Source: a virus (Duplodnaviria > Caudoviricetes). From it: a stretch of DNA of 64,000 nt. The DNA lies in the IMG/VR virus record IMGVR_UViG_3300035156_000156, positions 508 to 64,507 of that record. One strand, given 5' to 3'. The notes beneath the pieces were generated by a model. It worked only from the letters and a program-made list of their open reading frames with translations, was not told the origin of the DNA and searched no databases. This document shows, piece by piece, positions 9,513 through 19,400 of the stretch. Position 1 is the stretch's first letter, and each line of letters opens with the position of its first letter. Both the position numbers and the translations under genes were made by a program.

Positions 9513-9941
9513 ATGAAGGAAATGATCTTGGCCGAACCCGCCCTCACCCCGAACACCGAGCGCGATGCCATGGTGGCCCGAGCGCGCGACTTTATGATCG
9601 CCAACCGCGCCCAGCCGATCCCCGAACTGGTGCTGATGCTGATCGGCTTCGCCGAGTCCGAACGGTTGCAGGAATCGCGCTACCGCGAAGACCCCACCCG
9701 CCAGCTGACCGTCCTCAAGATGAGCAGCCCGCCGGGCAAGCCGATCCCCGACGTGATCACCGTTGACGGGATCGAGTACCGCCCGCACCGCAAGACTGGC
9801 ACGCTGCTGGAACGCTACATGCGCGTCGTCTACGATCGCGGCAGCACCAGTGTCGCCGCCGCCCAGCTATCGCCGCTGTTCACCCCGGCCGAAAAGGTCG
9901 AATTGCAGGTGATCGAAAACAAGGTAGTGGGGCGTGGCTGA
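9513..9941 (+). CDS. Hypothetical protein
   Basis: AGGA RBS. Confidence 0.7.
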   Translation: MKEMILAEPALTPNTERDAMVARARDFMIANRAQPIPELVLMLIGFAESERLQESRYREDPTRQLTVLKMSSPPGKPIPDVITVDGIEYRPHRKTGTLLERYMRVVYDRGSTSVAAAQLSPLFTPAEKVELQVIENKVVGRG

Positions 9942-10149
9942 CGCCCCACCCAAACGCCTGTTCTCGGTGCGCGGCCTGCCATGGGATCGCGTGCCGATGT
10001 CGGCTCGGTGGCTGGTCGATGCGATCGACGGCATGATGGTGCTGGGCGTGTCGCAGAAGGCCGGCGAGCCGATGCAGACCACGTGGGCGCTGTACCGCGG
10101 CGGGGTCGGGGTCGGCATGGTGACAGTAGAAGGAGATTGGGAACCGTGA
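9934..10149 (+). CDS. Hypothetical protein
   Basis: Overlapping ORF in the array. Confidence 0.5.
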   Translation: MADAPPKRLFSVRGLPWDRVPMSARWLVDAIDGMMVLGVSQKAGEPMQTTWALYRGGVGVGMVTVEGDWEP

Positions 10150-10337
10150 GAATAACAAATCACACCGGCATCGGCAGCGACACCAAGGTGTATGATGACG
10201 ACGGCGAGGACATCACCAAAACGCTGCGGATCACAGCCGTGCGCGTAATGACGATCAGGGCCGGCGAGCCGGTGCGGGCGATCTTGGTGTGCGAAAGGGT
10301 TGAACTGGACATCGTTGCACCGGATGCCGAGGCGTGA
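10146..10337 (+). CDS. Hypothetical protein
   Basis: AGGAG RBS; GTGA coupling. Confidence 0.6.
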   Translation: MRITNHTGIGSDTKVYDDDGEDITKTLRITAVRVMTIRAGEPVRAILVCERVELDIVAPDAEA

Positions 10338-10585
10338 GTCACCTGTCCGATCACATGCTGGCGGCCCAGCTACTGGCCGCGGCGCTGGACGATCAGGCCA
10401 AAAACGCTGCCCCGGCGACGGCTGATTTGCTGCTGCGCATGGCCGCGGCGCACCGTTCGGTCGCGATGCACATGCGCAACGCGATCGACGCTGCGCGGGT
10501 CGATCACCGATGCACGCTTGACCACACCGCAAAAGCGGGCAAATGCCCGGCTTGTGGCGACCCGACAGGACCGAAGGCGCGATGA
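10334..10585 (+). CDS. Hypothetical zinc-ribbon protein
   Basis: HRCTLDH...KCPACG. Confidence 0.55.
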   Translation: MSHLSDHMLAAQLLAAALDDQAKNAAPATADLLLRMAAAHRSVAMHMRNAIDAARVDHRCTLDHTAKAGKCPACGDPTGPKAR

Positions 10586-10869
10586 CGCTAAAACCGATCG
10601 AGAAGCGGGTGCTTTCCTATCTCGATCAGCACGGCCCGACGCACCGGCAATCTGTGGTGCATGATCTGGCATCGCCCGACAGCCGAGCCGCGCACGGCTA
10701 CAGCAACGGGTCGAATGGTGCGGTGCCGCTGATCATGGGCGCTTGGTGCAAGCGACTGATCACAGCCGGCATGGTGCAAAGCATCACCGATCGCGCCGGC
10801 TTCTACGATCACCACCGCATCACCGCCGCCGGGCAAGACGCCTTGCGCAAAGAGGCCCCGCAAGCATGA
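10582..10869 (+). CDS. Winged-helix-like protein
   Basis: KRLITAGMV...HRITAAGQDAL is a wHTH-type ending. Confidence 0.6.
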   Translation: MTLKPIEKRVLSYLDQHGPTHRQSVVHDLASPDSRAAHGYSNGSNGAVPLIMGAWCKRLITAGMVQSITDRAGFYDHHRITAAGQDALRKEAPQA

Positions 10870-11069
10870 CATCAGCCCGGCAACGCGCTCGCAACCTGTA
10901 CGCCGACGCGCTGGCGGCGCAGGGGCCGGCATGGGGCAACGCCGCCGCAAGCGTCCGCGCCGGTTATGACAATAGCTGGATTCTGGCCGGATTGACGGCA
11001 GTTGAGGCCCTGCTACGCCTCGTCGCAGATGACGACGACGAGGAAGCCCCGGAAGTCCAGCGCGCCTAA
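10866..11069 (+). CDS. Hypothetical protein
   Basis: ATGA coupling. Confidence 0.55.
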   Translation: MTSARQRARNLYADALAAQGPAWGNAAASVRAGYDNSWILAGLTAVEALLRLVADDDDEEAPEVQRA

Positions 11070-11392
11070 GCCGCGCACGATCGCAAAGCGGCCGATCAGA
11101 ACTTGCGACAAGGGCCACCCACAGCCACGCGCCACCAAGGTGGCCGACCCCTGCTTGGTGTGCAAATACAGCCCCGAGGCAATCGCCGCCGCAGCAGCAC
11201 AGGAGCGCGCCGCATGGACAGCTACTCAAGGCCGCACCCCGAACAGCCTGTCCATCTACATCGTCAGCACCGGCCGCCGCATCACGTACGCCGTGCCGCG
11301 CTGGCGTGGCAGGCGATCCCGTGGTGCCCGTGGGGCCAGCGCGCGATGATGCTGGTGGCGCGCCGCTGGCGGTGGGTGTACCGACGCCGGCC

Positions 11393-11626
11393 ATGACTGA
11401 CACGCCGCTGACGCTGATTACCGCCGAGCCGCCCAACGAAACCGTGGTGCGCACGCTTGAAGCCACGCTTGAACAGGCCCGCCGCGGCGAATTGTCCTCG
11501 GTCGCCATCGCCTACGTCGAACGCGACGGCAGCAGCGGGTCGAACTACTCGGAAGCGCCCGGCTATGTCGCCCTGATCGGGGCCACTGCCGTCATGCAGA
11601 CGATCCTAACCCGCGAACTGATCTAG
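11393..11626 (+). CDS. Hypothetical phage protein
   Basis: LEQARRGELSSVAIAYV...ALIGA motif. Confidence 0.65.
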   Translation: MTDTPLTLITAEPPNETVVRTLEATLEQARRGELSSVAIAYVERDGSSGSNYSEAPGYVALIGATAVMQTILTRELI

Positions 11627-11649
11627 TCCGCACACCCCCGGAGCCGCCA

Positions 11650-13239
11650 ATGACCGCCACGCCCACGATCGCCTTGCGCCAGCTTGCCGACCTGACACCG
11701 GACCCGGACAACGCCCGCACGCACAGCGATGATCAAGTGGCGCAGATCGCGGCCAGCATCCGCCGGTTCGGCTGGACCAACCCCATGCTGGTGGACGACG
11801 TGATCAGGGCCGGCAACGGCCGGTACGCAGCGGCCCGGCTGATGTACGACGCCGGGGAGCGCATCTATCTCGCGCCGGGCGAAGACCGCGGTGGCGACGT
11901 GCTGCCGATCGGCACGGTGCCCGTGATCGATTGCACCGGGTGGGACGAGGACGAACGCCGCGCCTATGCGCTGGGCGACAATCAGATCGCGCTCAATGCC
12001 GGCTGGGACGAAGCCACGCTGATCGCCAGCCTGCAATCGCTGACGGACACCGACTTCGACTTGGGCGCGATCGGTTTCGATGACGGTGCGCTTGAAGCCA
12101 TGATCGCCGCGGCCCAGCCCAAGGAACCAAGCCGCGCCGGCAACATGACCGCCGAGTTCCTGATTGCCCCGTTTACCGTGCTGAATGCGCGCGAGGGCTG
12201 GTGGCAGGATCGCAAGCGCGCTTGGCTGGCGCTGGGCATTCAATCGGAGTTGGGGCGGGGTGAAGGGGCGGTGCCCGACCCGCTTGGCCAAGGCGGGCTG
12301 ACGGACAACATGGCGGCGCGGGCCGACGGCAAGAAAACCCGACTGACACCCGGCGGGGCTGGCGGCGGCATGTGGCTCGGGGGTCCAGACGAACCGGCGT
12401 TTGCGGGTGATCGCAAGAAGGCCAAGGCCACCAGCTTCGACAGCCAAGCAACGCTGAACGCAATCATGGGACAGGGCAACAACAGCGAGGGCGCTTCGCC
12501 CACCGGCACCAGCATCTTCGACCCCGTGCTGTGCGAACTGGCCTATCGGTGGTTCAGCCCGGTGGGTGGCACGGTGCTGGACCCGTTCGCGGGCGGCTCG
12601 GTGCGGGGCATCGTGGCCGCTGCGCTGGGCCGCCGGTACGTCGGCGTCGATCTACGCGGCGAGCAGATCGAGGCCAACCGGGTGCAATGGCCCGTGGTCG
12701 CGCTGGCGCTGGGCAGCGACGCGGAGGCACCCCGGTGGGAAACCGGCGACAGCTTGGCCGTAGTGCCGACGCTGGGCGTGGAGGCCGACTTTGTGATGAC
12801 GTGCCCGCCCTATGGCGATCTGGAAGTGTACAGTGACGACCCAGCCGACATCAGCGCAATGAGTGCCGCGGCCTTTGACGATGCGTACCGCGCGATCATT
12901 GCCGCCTCGGTGGCTGCCCTCAAGCCCGATCGATTCGCGTGCTGCGTGGTGGGCGACTATCGCGACAAGCGCGGCATCTATCGCAACTTCGTGTCGGCGA
13001 CGATCGATGCGTTCCAAGCTGCCGGGGCCATGCTGTACAACGAAGCGATCTTGATCACCTCGGTCGGTTCGCTACCGATCCGGGCCGGCAAGCAGTTCAA
13101 GGCTGCGCGCAAGCTGGGCAAGACCCATCAGAACGTGCTGGTGTTCGTAAAGGGCGACCCCAAGCGGGCCACCAAGGCGTGCGGCGATGTCGATGTGTCG
13201 GGCGCGCTTGCGGCAGTCACGCCCGACGAAGACGACTAG
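11650..13239 (+). CDS. ParB-like N-terminal domain fused to an N6-adenine/N4-cytosine DNA methyltransferase
   Basis: PDPDNARTHSDDQVAQIAASIRRFGWTNP (ParB_N); VLDPFAGGSVRG (SAM-binding motif I); TCPPY (motif IV). Confidence 0.88.
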   Translation: MTATPTIALRQLADLTPDPDNARTHSDDQVAQIAASIRRFGWTNPMLVDDVIRAGNGRYAAARLMYDAGERIYLAPGEDRGGDVLPIGTVPVIDCTGWDEDERRAYALGDNQIALNAGWDEATLIASLQSLTDTDFDLGAIGFDDGALEAMIAAAQPKEPSRAGNMTAEFLIAPFTVLNAREGWWQDRKRAWLALGIQSELGRGEGAVPDPLGQGGLTDNMAARADGKKTRLTPGGAGGGMWLGGPDEPAFAGDRKKAKATSFDSQATLNAIMGQGNNSEGASPTGTSIFDPVLCELAYRWFSPVGGTVLDPFAGGSVRGIVAAALGRRYVGVDLRGEQIEANRVQWPVVALALGSDAEAPRWETGDSLAVVPTLGVEADFVMTCPPYGDLEVYSDDPADISAMSAAAFDDAYRAIIAASVAALKPDRFACCVVGDYRDKRGIYRNFVSATIDAFQAAGAMLYNEAILITSVGSLPIRAGKQFKAARKLGKTHQNVLVFVKGDPKRATKACGDVDVSGALAAVTPDEDD

Positions 13240-13511
13240 GCCGACAGGCCGGCCAGCGCGGCCAGCTTGGGCGACACGTCCAGCGTGTAGCCGCGCTTGC
13301 TGATCGCATAGACGATCGCCTTGCGGCCGAACTGTGACTTGGTGTTCAACTCGGCCGCGGCTGCCATGGCGGCGGCATAGTCGGGCAGGCCGCGCACGGT
13401 GTGCCGCTGGCCGGGGCCAAGGTGCAAGCAGGCCGTGAACTCGGTGGCCGTCTTGATGTCCTCGGCGATCATCAGGTCTTCGGGGTGCGGTGCTTTTGGG
13501 GCCTTGGCCAT
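13236..13511 (-). CDS. Hypothetical protein (lone antisense gene)
   Basis: AAGGA RBS; convergent stop overlap with the MTase; operator-like site upstream. Confidence 0.7.
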   Translation of the reverse strand: MAKAPKAPHPEDLMIAEDIKTATEFTACLHLGPGQRHTVRGLPDYAAAMAAAAELNTKSQFGRKAIVYAISKRGYTLDVSPKLAALAGLSA

Positions 13512-13596
13512 GGTGCAGATCCTTGCGTCGGGTGGTGGGTGGCCTTTGGCCTTGGGCATCAGATAGCAAAGGGCGCGGCGCGGTGGGAGTGCTATG

Positions 13597-13609
13597 TGCG
13601 GGCACCGCA
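13597..13609. promoter_or_regulatory. Operator-like palindrome TGCGG-N3-CCGCA
   Basis: TGCGGGCACCGCA, identical to 50468-50480. Confidence 0.6.
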
Positions 13610-13903
13610 AAATAATTCAGCCGCTATCGGCGCGACGGGGCGGCGAGTAATGTGCAGGCGCGGTCGCGCGAATCAACCGTCGTCGTTCCCCGGTGGGTTG
13701 CCCCCCCCTTACGCCCGCCGGGGGCGGCGTACCCGAATGGCTGATTGCCGAAATAAGCCCGGACAAGGCCCCGCGGTCACCGATCGGGCCGGGTGGCCGC
13801 GCCGTGGGGCCTGCCGCGGCGTACGGCCCGCGCTCAATACCCACCTAAAGCGGGTTATCAGCCCGGACTCGACCAGCGCCGCGGGCGGGTATAAGGCCCC
13901 GCC

Positions 13904-14473
13904 ATGCCCGACGATCAGCCACGCAGCAAAGGCGGCGCGATACCCAAGACCCGCCCCGACGACGCCCGCGGCGCGCCCCCCGGTGCCGGCACGGTACTGC
14001 CGCCCCACGGTGGCCGCATCGGCAACCCGCCCTTCGTGGCCACCGACGAACAACGCACACAGGTCAAGACGCTGACCAAGGTGTGCAGCCACGATATGAT
14101 CGCCGACCTGCTGAACATCAGCGTGGCCACGCTCAAGCGGCACTTCGTGGATGAACTGAAACAGGGCAAGGCGCAGGCCGTCGCAGCGGTTGGCGGCAAG
14201 CTGCTGCAAAAGGCGATGGCCGGCCACCCGGCGTCGATGATCTTTTACCTGCGCACACAGGCCAAGTGGAACGTCCGGGTAGAGCATAGCGGGCTTGACG
14301 GCGGGCCGATCCGCACCGTTGATGTGTCGTCGCAAATCGGCAACATGACGGATGAACAGCTTGCAGTCCTTGAACCCCTCCTTGGCGCAATCCTTACCGA
14401 TGGCGGCGCTGGCATCGACGGCGGCGATTCGCTCGGCGCTGGAACAGGTGAAGGCGGAACGGGCGAGGCGTGA
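13904..14473 (+). CDS. terS: Terminase small subunit
   Basis: HTH (IADLLNISVATLKRHF) and IFYLRTQAKW motif; immediately upstream of terL. Confidence 0.85.
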   Translation: MPDDQPRSKGGAIPKTRPDDARGAPPGAGTVLPPHGGRIGNPPFVATDEQRTQVKTLTKVCSHDMIADLLNISVATLKRHFVDELKQGKAQAVAAVGGKLLQKAMAGHPASMIFYLRTQAKWNVRVEHSGLDGGPIRTVDVSSQIGNMTDEQLAVLEPLLGAILTDGGAGIDGGDSLGAGTGEGGTGEA

Positions 14474-15956
14474 ACTAGAACGGGTCCGCGCCAACGCCGA
14501 CGAAATCAGGGCCAAGTGCAAGAGCCTAGCCGCCTTCGTGCAGGAGGCGTGGCGGGTGCTGGAACCCGAAACGCCCTACATTCACAACTGGCACGTGGAC
14601 GCGATCTGCGAACACCTTGAGGCGATCACGTGGGGCCGGATGAAGCCCCGCCTGATCGTCAACATTTCGCCGGGTTCGTCCAAGTCGCTGATCATATCCG
14701 TGATGTGGCAGGCATGGATGTGGGGGCCGTGCGGCTTCGCCTCGCGCCGCTTCCTGTCCACGTCGTTCGCGCAGGATAACGTCACGCGCGACACCCGGAA
14801 AACGCGCGATCTGATCCAATCCGATTGGTTTCAGGCCCTGTGGCCCATGCCGCTGGTGCGAGCCGGCGAAACCAGCTTCGCCAACGAACAGACCGGCAGC
14901 CGCGAAGGTGTGTCGTTCGCGTCGCTGATGGGTAAGCGCGGCGACGTGCTGACGATCGATGACCCCCATTCGCTGGACGGCGCAGAGTCCGAGGCCGATC
15001 GAACCAAGGCCGTGCGGCGCTTCCTTGAAGGCGGCAAGTCGCGCGTCAACGATCGGCAGAAGTCGGCCATCGTGATCGTGATGCAGCGCATTCACACCGA
15101 CGATCTGACCGGCGCGGTACTGGCCGAGGACATCGGTTACGAACACCTGCTGATCCCGATGGAATACGAAGCGGCGGCCACCAAGGTCACGTCGATCGGC
15201 TGGCGCGACCCGCGCACGATCGAGGGCGAGTTGATGGACCCCAAGCGGTTCACCGCCAGCGACGCCGACGACGAGAAGAAGCAAGCCTATTCGTGGAACG
15301 GCCAGTACCAGCAGCGCCCGGCCCCGCGCGAAGGCAACCTGTTCATGGTCGATCGCATCAAGACGATTGCCGCGTCGCCGGGCGGCGGCACCGTGGTACG
15401 CGGTTGGGATTTGGCCGGCACGAAGCGCAAGAAGTCGGCCTACACCGTCGGCCTAAAGCTGCGCCGGGTGCCGGGCATGCTGGTGATCGAGGACGTGAAG
15501 CGGCTGCGCGGCACGCCCATGGAAGTGAAGCAAGCCGTGCTTGATTGCGCGATCGATGACGGCATGGCGTGCAAGCAGTCGCTGCCGAAAGACCCCGGAC
15601 AGGCCGGCGTTGCGCAGAAGGACGATTACGCCGAATTCCTTGCCGGCCACAACTTCCGGTTCAGCGCGGAAACCGGCGACAAGGAGACTCGAGCGCAGGG
15701 CATCGCCAGCCAAGTCGAAGCCGAAGTCGTGGTGATGGTTAAGGCATCGTGGAACGCCGCCCTTATCGATGAAATGCGCACCTTCCCCAACAGCATGTTC
15801 AAGGATCAGGTGGACGCTCTATCGCGCGCCTATGGCGAACTGATCGTGAAGAAGTCGGCCGACGAAAACGCCGCGCCCGAGATTGTCGAAGTGGACGCAC
15901 CGCTGCGCGCGCAGGCTGTGATCGATCAGGATGGCGATCCTTGGTCTGGGCTGTGA
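14352..15956 (+). CDS. terL: Terminase large subunit
   Basis: NISPGSSKS Walker A variant, LTIDDPH Walker B, GWDLAG nuclease motif, DQVDALS; start may be 14400. Confidence 0.95.
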   Translation: MNSLQSLNPSLAQSLPMAALASTAAIRSALEQVKAERARRELERVRANADEIRAKCKSLAAFVQEAWRVLEPETPYIHNWHVDAICEHLEAITWGRMKPRLIVNISPGSSKSLIISVMWQAWMWGPCGFASRRFLSTSFAQDNVTRDTRKTRDLIQSDWFQALWPMPLVRAGETSFANEQTGSREGVSFASLMGKRGDVLTIDDPHSLDGAESEADRTKAVRRFLEGGKSRVNDRQKSAIVIVMQRIHTDDLTGAVLAEDIGYEHLLIPMEYEAAATKVTSIGWRDPRTIEGELMDPKRFTASDADDEKKQAYSWNGQYQQRPAPREGNLFMVDRIKTIAASPGGGTVVRGWDLAGTKRKKSAYTVGLKLRRVPGMLVIEDVKRLRGTPMEVKQAVLDCAIDDGMACKQSLPKDPGQAGVAQKDDYAEFLAGHNFRFSAETGDKETRAQGIASQVEAEVVVMVKASWNAALIDEMRTFPNSMFKDQVDALSRAYGELIVKKSADENAAPEIVEVDAPLRAQAVIDQDGDPWSGL

Positions 15957-16060
15957 TCTGCGCGCGCGATCACAGCTAACGATAAACCTCGATCAGTCAG
16001 CTATTCCCGAACCGGCCACTTCCCGTTATGCAGGCGGCTCCACACCAAGGGGTGCCACCT

Positions 16061-16228
16061 ATGAAATCGACCGTTGGGCTAGTCTTCGCTCTTGCCGTAT
16101 CCGTTGGCGTCATCGCCTGCACCGAGGATCGCCCAGCGCCGGGCAGCACGCCGCCGTCGGAACAGCCGACTACGGGCGGTCCTTGCGGCGACGGCTCCTA
16201 CCCCCGCGGCGACGAGAAGTGCCGCTGA
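16061..16228 (+). CDS. Small lipoprotein
   Basis: Signal peptide with lipobox VIA-C; Pro-rich mature part with two further Cys. Confidence 0.6.
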   Translation: MKSTVGLVFALAVSVGVIACTEDRPAPGSTPPSEQPTTGGPCGDGSYPRGDEKCR

Positions 16229-16231
16229 CGA

Positions 16232-16260
16232 TTGACCGCCGCATGGGCCTGCGGCACACC
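16232..16260 (+). promoter_or_regulatory. Putative sigma70-type promoter for the tRNA
   Basis: TTGACC-N17-CACACC ending 5 nt before the tRNA; -10 resembles the CAYRCA boxes of the early cassettes. Confidence 0.45.
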
Positions 16261-16265
16261 CCGAT

Positions 16266-16339
16266 CGCGCGGTAGATCAGTCGGGTAGATCGTTCGGTTC
16301 ATCGCCGAAAGGCCATCGGTTCAAATCCGATCTGCGCAA
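16266..16339 (+). tRNA. tRNA-Met(CAT), initiator (fMet)-like, no encoded CCA
   Basis: Cloverleaf: CGCGCGG/CTGCGCA acceptor with C1:A72 mismatch, GATC/GATC D-stem (A11:U24), TTCGG/CCGAA anticodon stem with CAT at 16300-16302, ATCGG-TTCAAAT-CCGAT T-arm. Confidence 0.88.
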
Positions 16340-16397
16340 CGAAATACCAAGAGGGCGACCCGCCCTAGCCGTGAACGATAGTAGCGGCGGAAGGGTA

Positions 16398-16431
16398 GGC
16401 GGGCGGCATTCCTCACGGGGTGCCGCCCGCC
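16398..16431 (+). terminator. Strong GC hairpin after the tRNA (terminator or processing stem)
   Basis: GGCGGGCGGCATTCC-TCAC-GGGGTGCCGCCCGCC; weak U-tract. Confidence 0.5.
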
Positions 16432-16494
16432 GTCTATCCCGTCGAACCGTTCCGCAGTATGCAGGGCCAAACCTTGCCAGCATCGGAGCGCGTC

Positions 16495-19400
16495 ATGGCC
16501 ACGAAAACCGACATCAAATCCTTTTGGTTCTACCCGCCCACCCGTTGGTCGGCAGTCGATGCCATGTTCCGCCAGTTGCTGACCGCGGCCGGCCTGATGG
16601 GCGAATACCGCCGAGTCGATCAGTTCTTCTTTTCAGGCCCCGCCCGCTGGGCCGCCGTTGACGATATGCTGCTGGCGCTGTTCGCCCACCCCACCGCGCC
16701 GAACGATGGCTACCGCAGCATTCGTGCGCCGCAGATTCCCGCATCGACCCGCTGGCCGATGTTCGACACCATGATGGACACGCTTTACACGGCTTTCGAA
16801 CCCGACGGCGATGTGCCGCCGCGGTGGGTGTCACTTCCACGCATCGGCGGCAGGCCCGTGGTCGGTTTTGCGCCGCAACTTGTCGATGGTGTCGTAGAAG
16901 ACGGCACGATCACGAACCGCGCCCTGTTGCTTGCCGGAACCGCGGTCGCGCTGAACTACGTGCCGCAGCCGGCTGATGAAGGGTCCTATCTTCAATACCG
17001 CAACACCGCGGCCAGCCCCGGCGGCAAGGTGACAACGCGCACCAGCGCCAAGGATTACATCGAGCGAGCCACAGGCACGCCCACGCCTTCGCCAACGCCC
17101 GTTCCGACAATCATTCTGACCACGCTGTCACTGTCCGGTGCGTTGCAGATCGGGGTAGCCACATCGGGCACGATCATCGGGGCGACCGCTGGATCGATTA
17201 TCACCGGCAACATTCCGGGCATCACGATCAACACCCTGAACCGTACCTATTCGGGCACCCCGACCGGCACCGAAGCAACGATCACCGACGGTCTAAGGGA
17301 AACGCTGCTAGGCGCGTCCAACTCGGGCCGACTTTCGACTATAGTTGTGGCCGCGGCTGCTGTTGTTGCCCCGACGTTGAACGCGCTGTCTCTGTCCAGC
17401 ACCTCGGGCATTGTCGGAACGGCCAAGACCATCACCATTCTGGGCGCAACCGGCGGTTCGGTTATCTCGGGCACGGTGCCCGATGGCATGACACTGAACA
17501 GCGGCGCGCGCACGATCACCGGCACGCCGACGCAGGATGGAACATTCAGCTTCAACCTTATTGAGACGCTGGCCGGCGCTACCAACTCGGGGCGCAGCAG
17601 CACCGTGTCGGTTGTCATTGATGCCGCTTCCGTGCCGGGACAGGTCGCAAGCAGCACCTTCACCGGCAAGAGCTTCGCGCCGTTCAACACGACCAGCATC
17701 GTGCAGTCGTTCGAATGGGACCACAACACCAACAACGGCAACACGTTCGTCGTCATGCTCCTGCGGACTGACAACGCCCAACTGTATCCGCCAGCCGGGA
17801 ACGCGATCCAATTGCGGATCGGCGTTACTAGCTTCACGCTCGGAAAGTACACCGACGGCGTTGCTGGCACGACCAACATCGGATCGGTCACATACTCCCC
17901 CGTTGTGGCAAACGGCGACCACTTGATTGCCAAGATAAACGCCGACCGCACGCTTACCATTACTCGGGTCAGCGACAGCGCAGTCATCGCCACCGTCAAC
18001 ACCGAAAACATGGACCTTTATTTCTCCGCGCAGTTTGCTTCGGCGGGCAAGTATGTGTCGATGCACGGCGATGTCAGCGGCACGGCACTGAACGTCGGCC
18101 TGACCAATATGCGCGCTAAGGGCTACGTGCCGATTGCGACGATCGCCGACGTGCCCGTTGGCGCGTCGAGCGACGTTCGCAGTGGCAAGGTGTTCGACGC
18201 TTACCCAACCGGCAGTGCGGCGCAGTCGTTCGACTTCAATTGGAATAGCGGGGGTACGTTCCGCGTATTCTTCAATCGAACCGATACTAGCACCGCCTAC
18301 CCCCCGACCGATGGCATTTGCGCTCTGATCAGGCCGGCATCGCTATCGATCGGCACGTGGGTCAACGGGGCGGAAACTACGCGAATCAGCAATCGCGCAT
18401 ATCTCGCCGCCCCGCCTGCTGGCACGGCCTGCAACATTTCCCGAAATGCAGACGGTTCGATCGTTCTTGTTCGCAAGGACACCGGGGCCGATGTAGTGCG
18501 CATCCCGGCGTCCGAGACGGCAAGTTTCGTTCTTCCATACACCGGGCAGTATTTGTCGATGTACGGCAACGGCGGGGCCAGTACCTACCTCGACAGCCCG
18601 CTCGCGAACATGAAAGCTGGCCCGATCGCGGTGCCGGTGACTGTGAACAGCATCATTTTGGACAGCGCCTATCGCCCAACCATCGACATCAATTACACCG
18701 GCGTCGGCATTACCGGCTACAATGTGCAGCTAATGAACGGGACCGCCGACGTCGGGCCTAAGCAACCGGCGACCGTCACGGTAGCGGGCGCGGCTCATCT
18801 GGTTCTTACCCCATCGACCACGTTCACGGCGGCGCAGTTTGCGGCCAATGTGAAGGCTCGAATCTATCCGGTGATCAACGGGACCGAGAGCCAGCAATAT
18901 CAAGACACGCCGTTGGTCACGATGCCGGCAGGACCGCTTGCCCCCCCGATCGCGGGCCTAAACCGCGCAGCCTATTCTAGCTCGTATTTCAATGAGCTTA
19001 TCCTGTCGCGTGACCGTGGAATGCAGGCGGCGGTTAGGACACCTGCCCTCGCCAACTATATTCCTCCGTCAAGCCTTAGCCCGACTGCATCGAACAATGT
19101 AAACAGTGGGCCGATCATCGCCTCGGACAGCGGCATGACCCAAGACGGTTCGTTTACCACCATTGTTGGCGGCAGCAGCTTCCTTGTTCAGATGCCGTGG
19201 CGCTGGGATACCGGCACGTACCAGCTAGGCAACAAAGACGCCGCGTGGCCGAGCGGCTTGACCGTTTCGATGAACAATTCCGCGGGGGCGTCTTTCGATG
19301 GAACAACGAAGCAGTTGACCATTACGCAGGAATCGCCGGCGGTTGGTATCACCTTCACCGTCGGCGGAACAATGCCTGCGGGCGGCTTCCGGTTGAGTTG

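Noticed and set aside
15960-16400. tmRNA (GCTAACGAT / GTGAACGAT resemble a tag start)
   Set aside because: No short tag ending in Ala-Ala-stop and no tRNA-Ala-like acceptor with G3:U70; the tRNA present has a full Met cloverleaf
16340-16431. Theta (HDV-like) ribozyme after the tRNA, suggested by TTCCTCAC
   Set aside because: Could not build P1/P3/P1.1 pairings; the sequence is better explained as a simple hairpin
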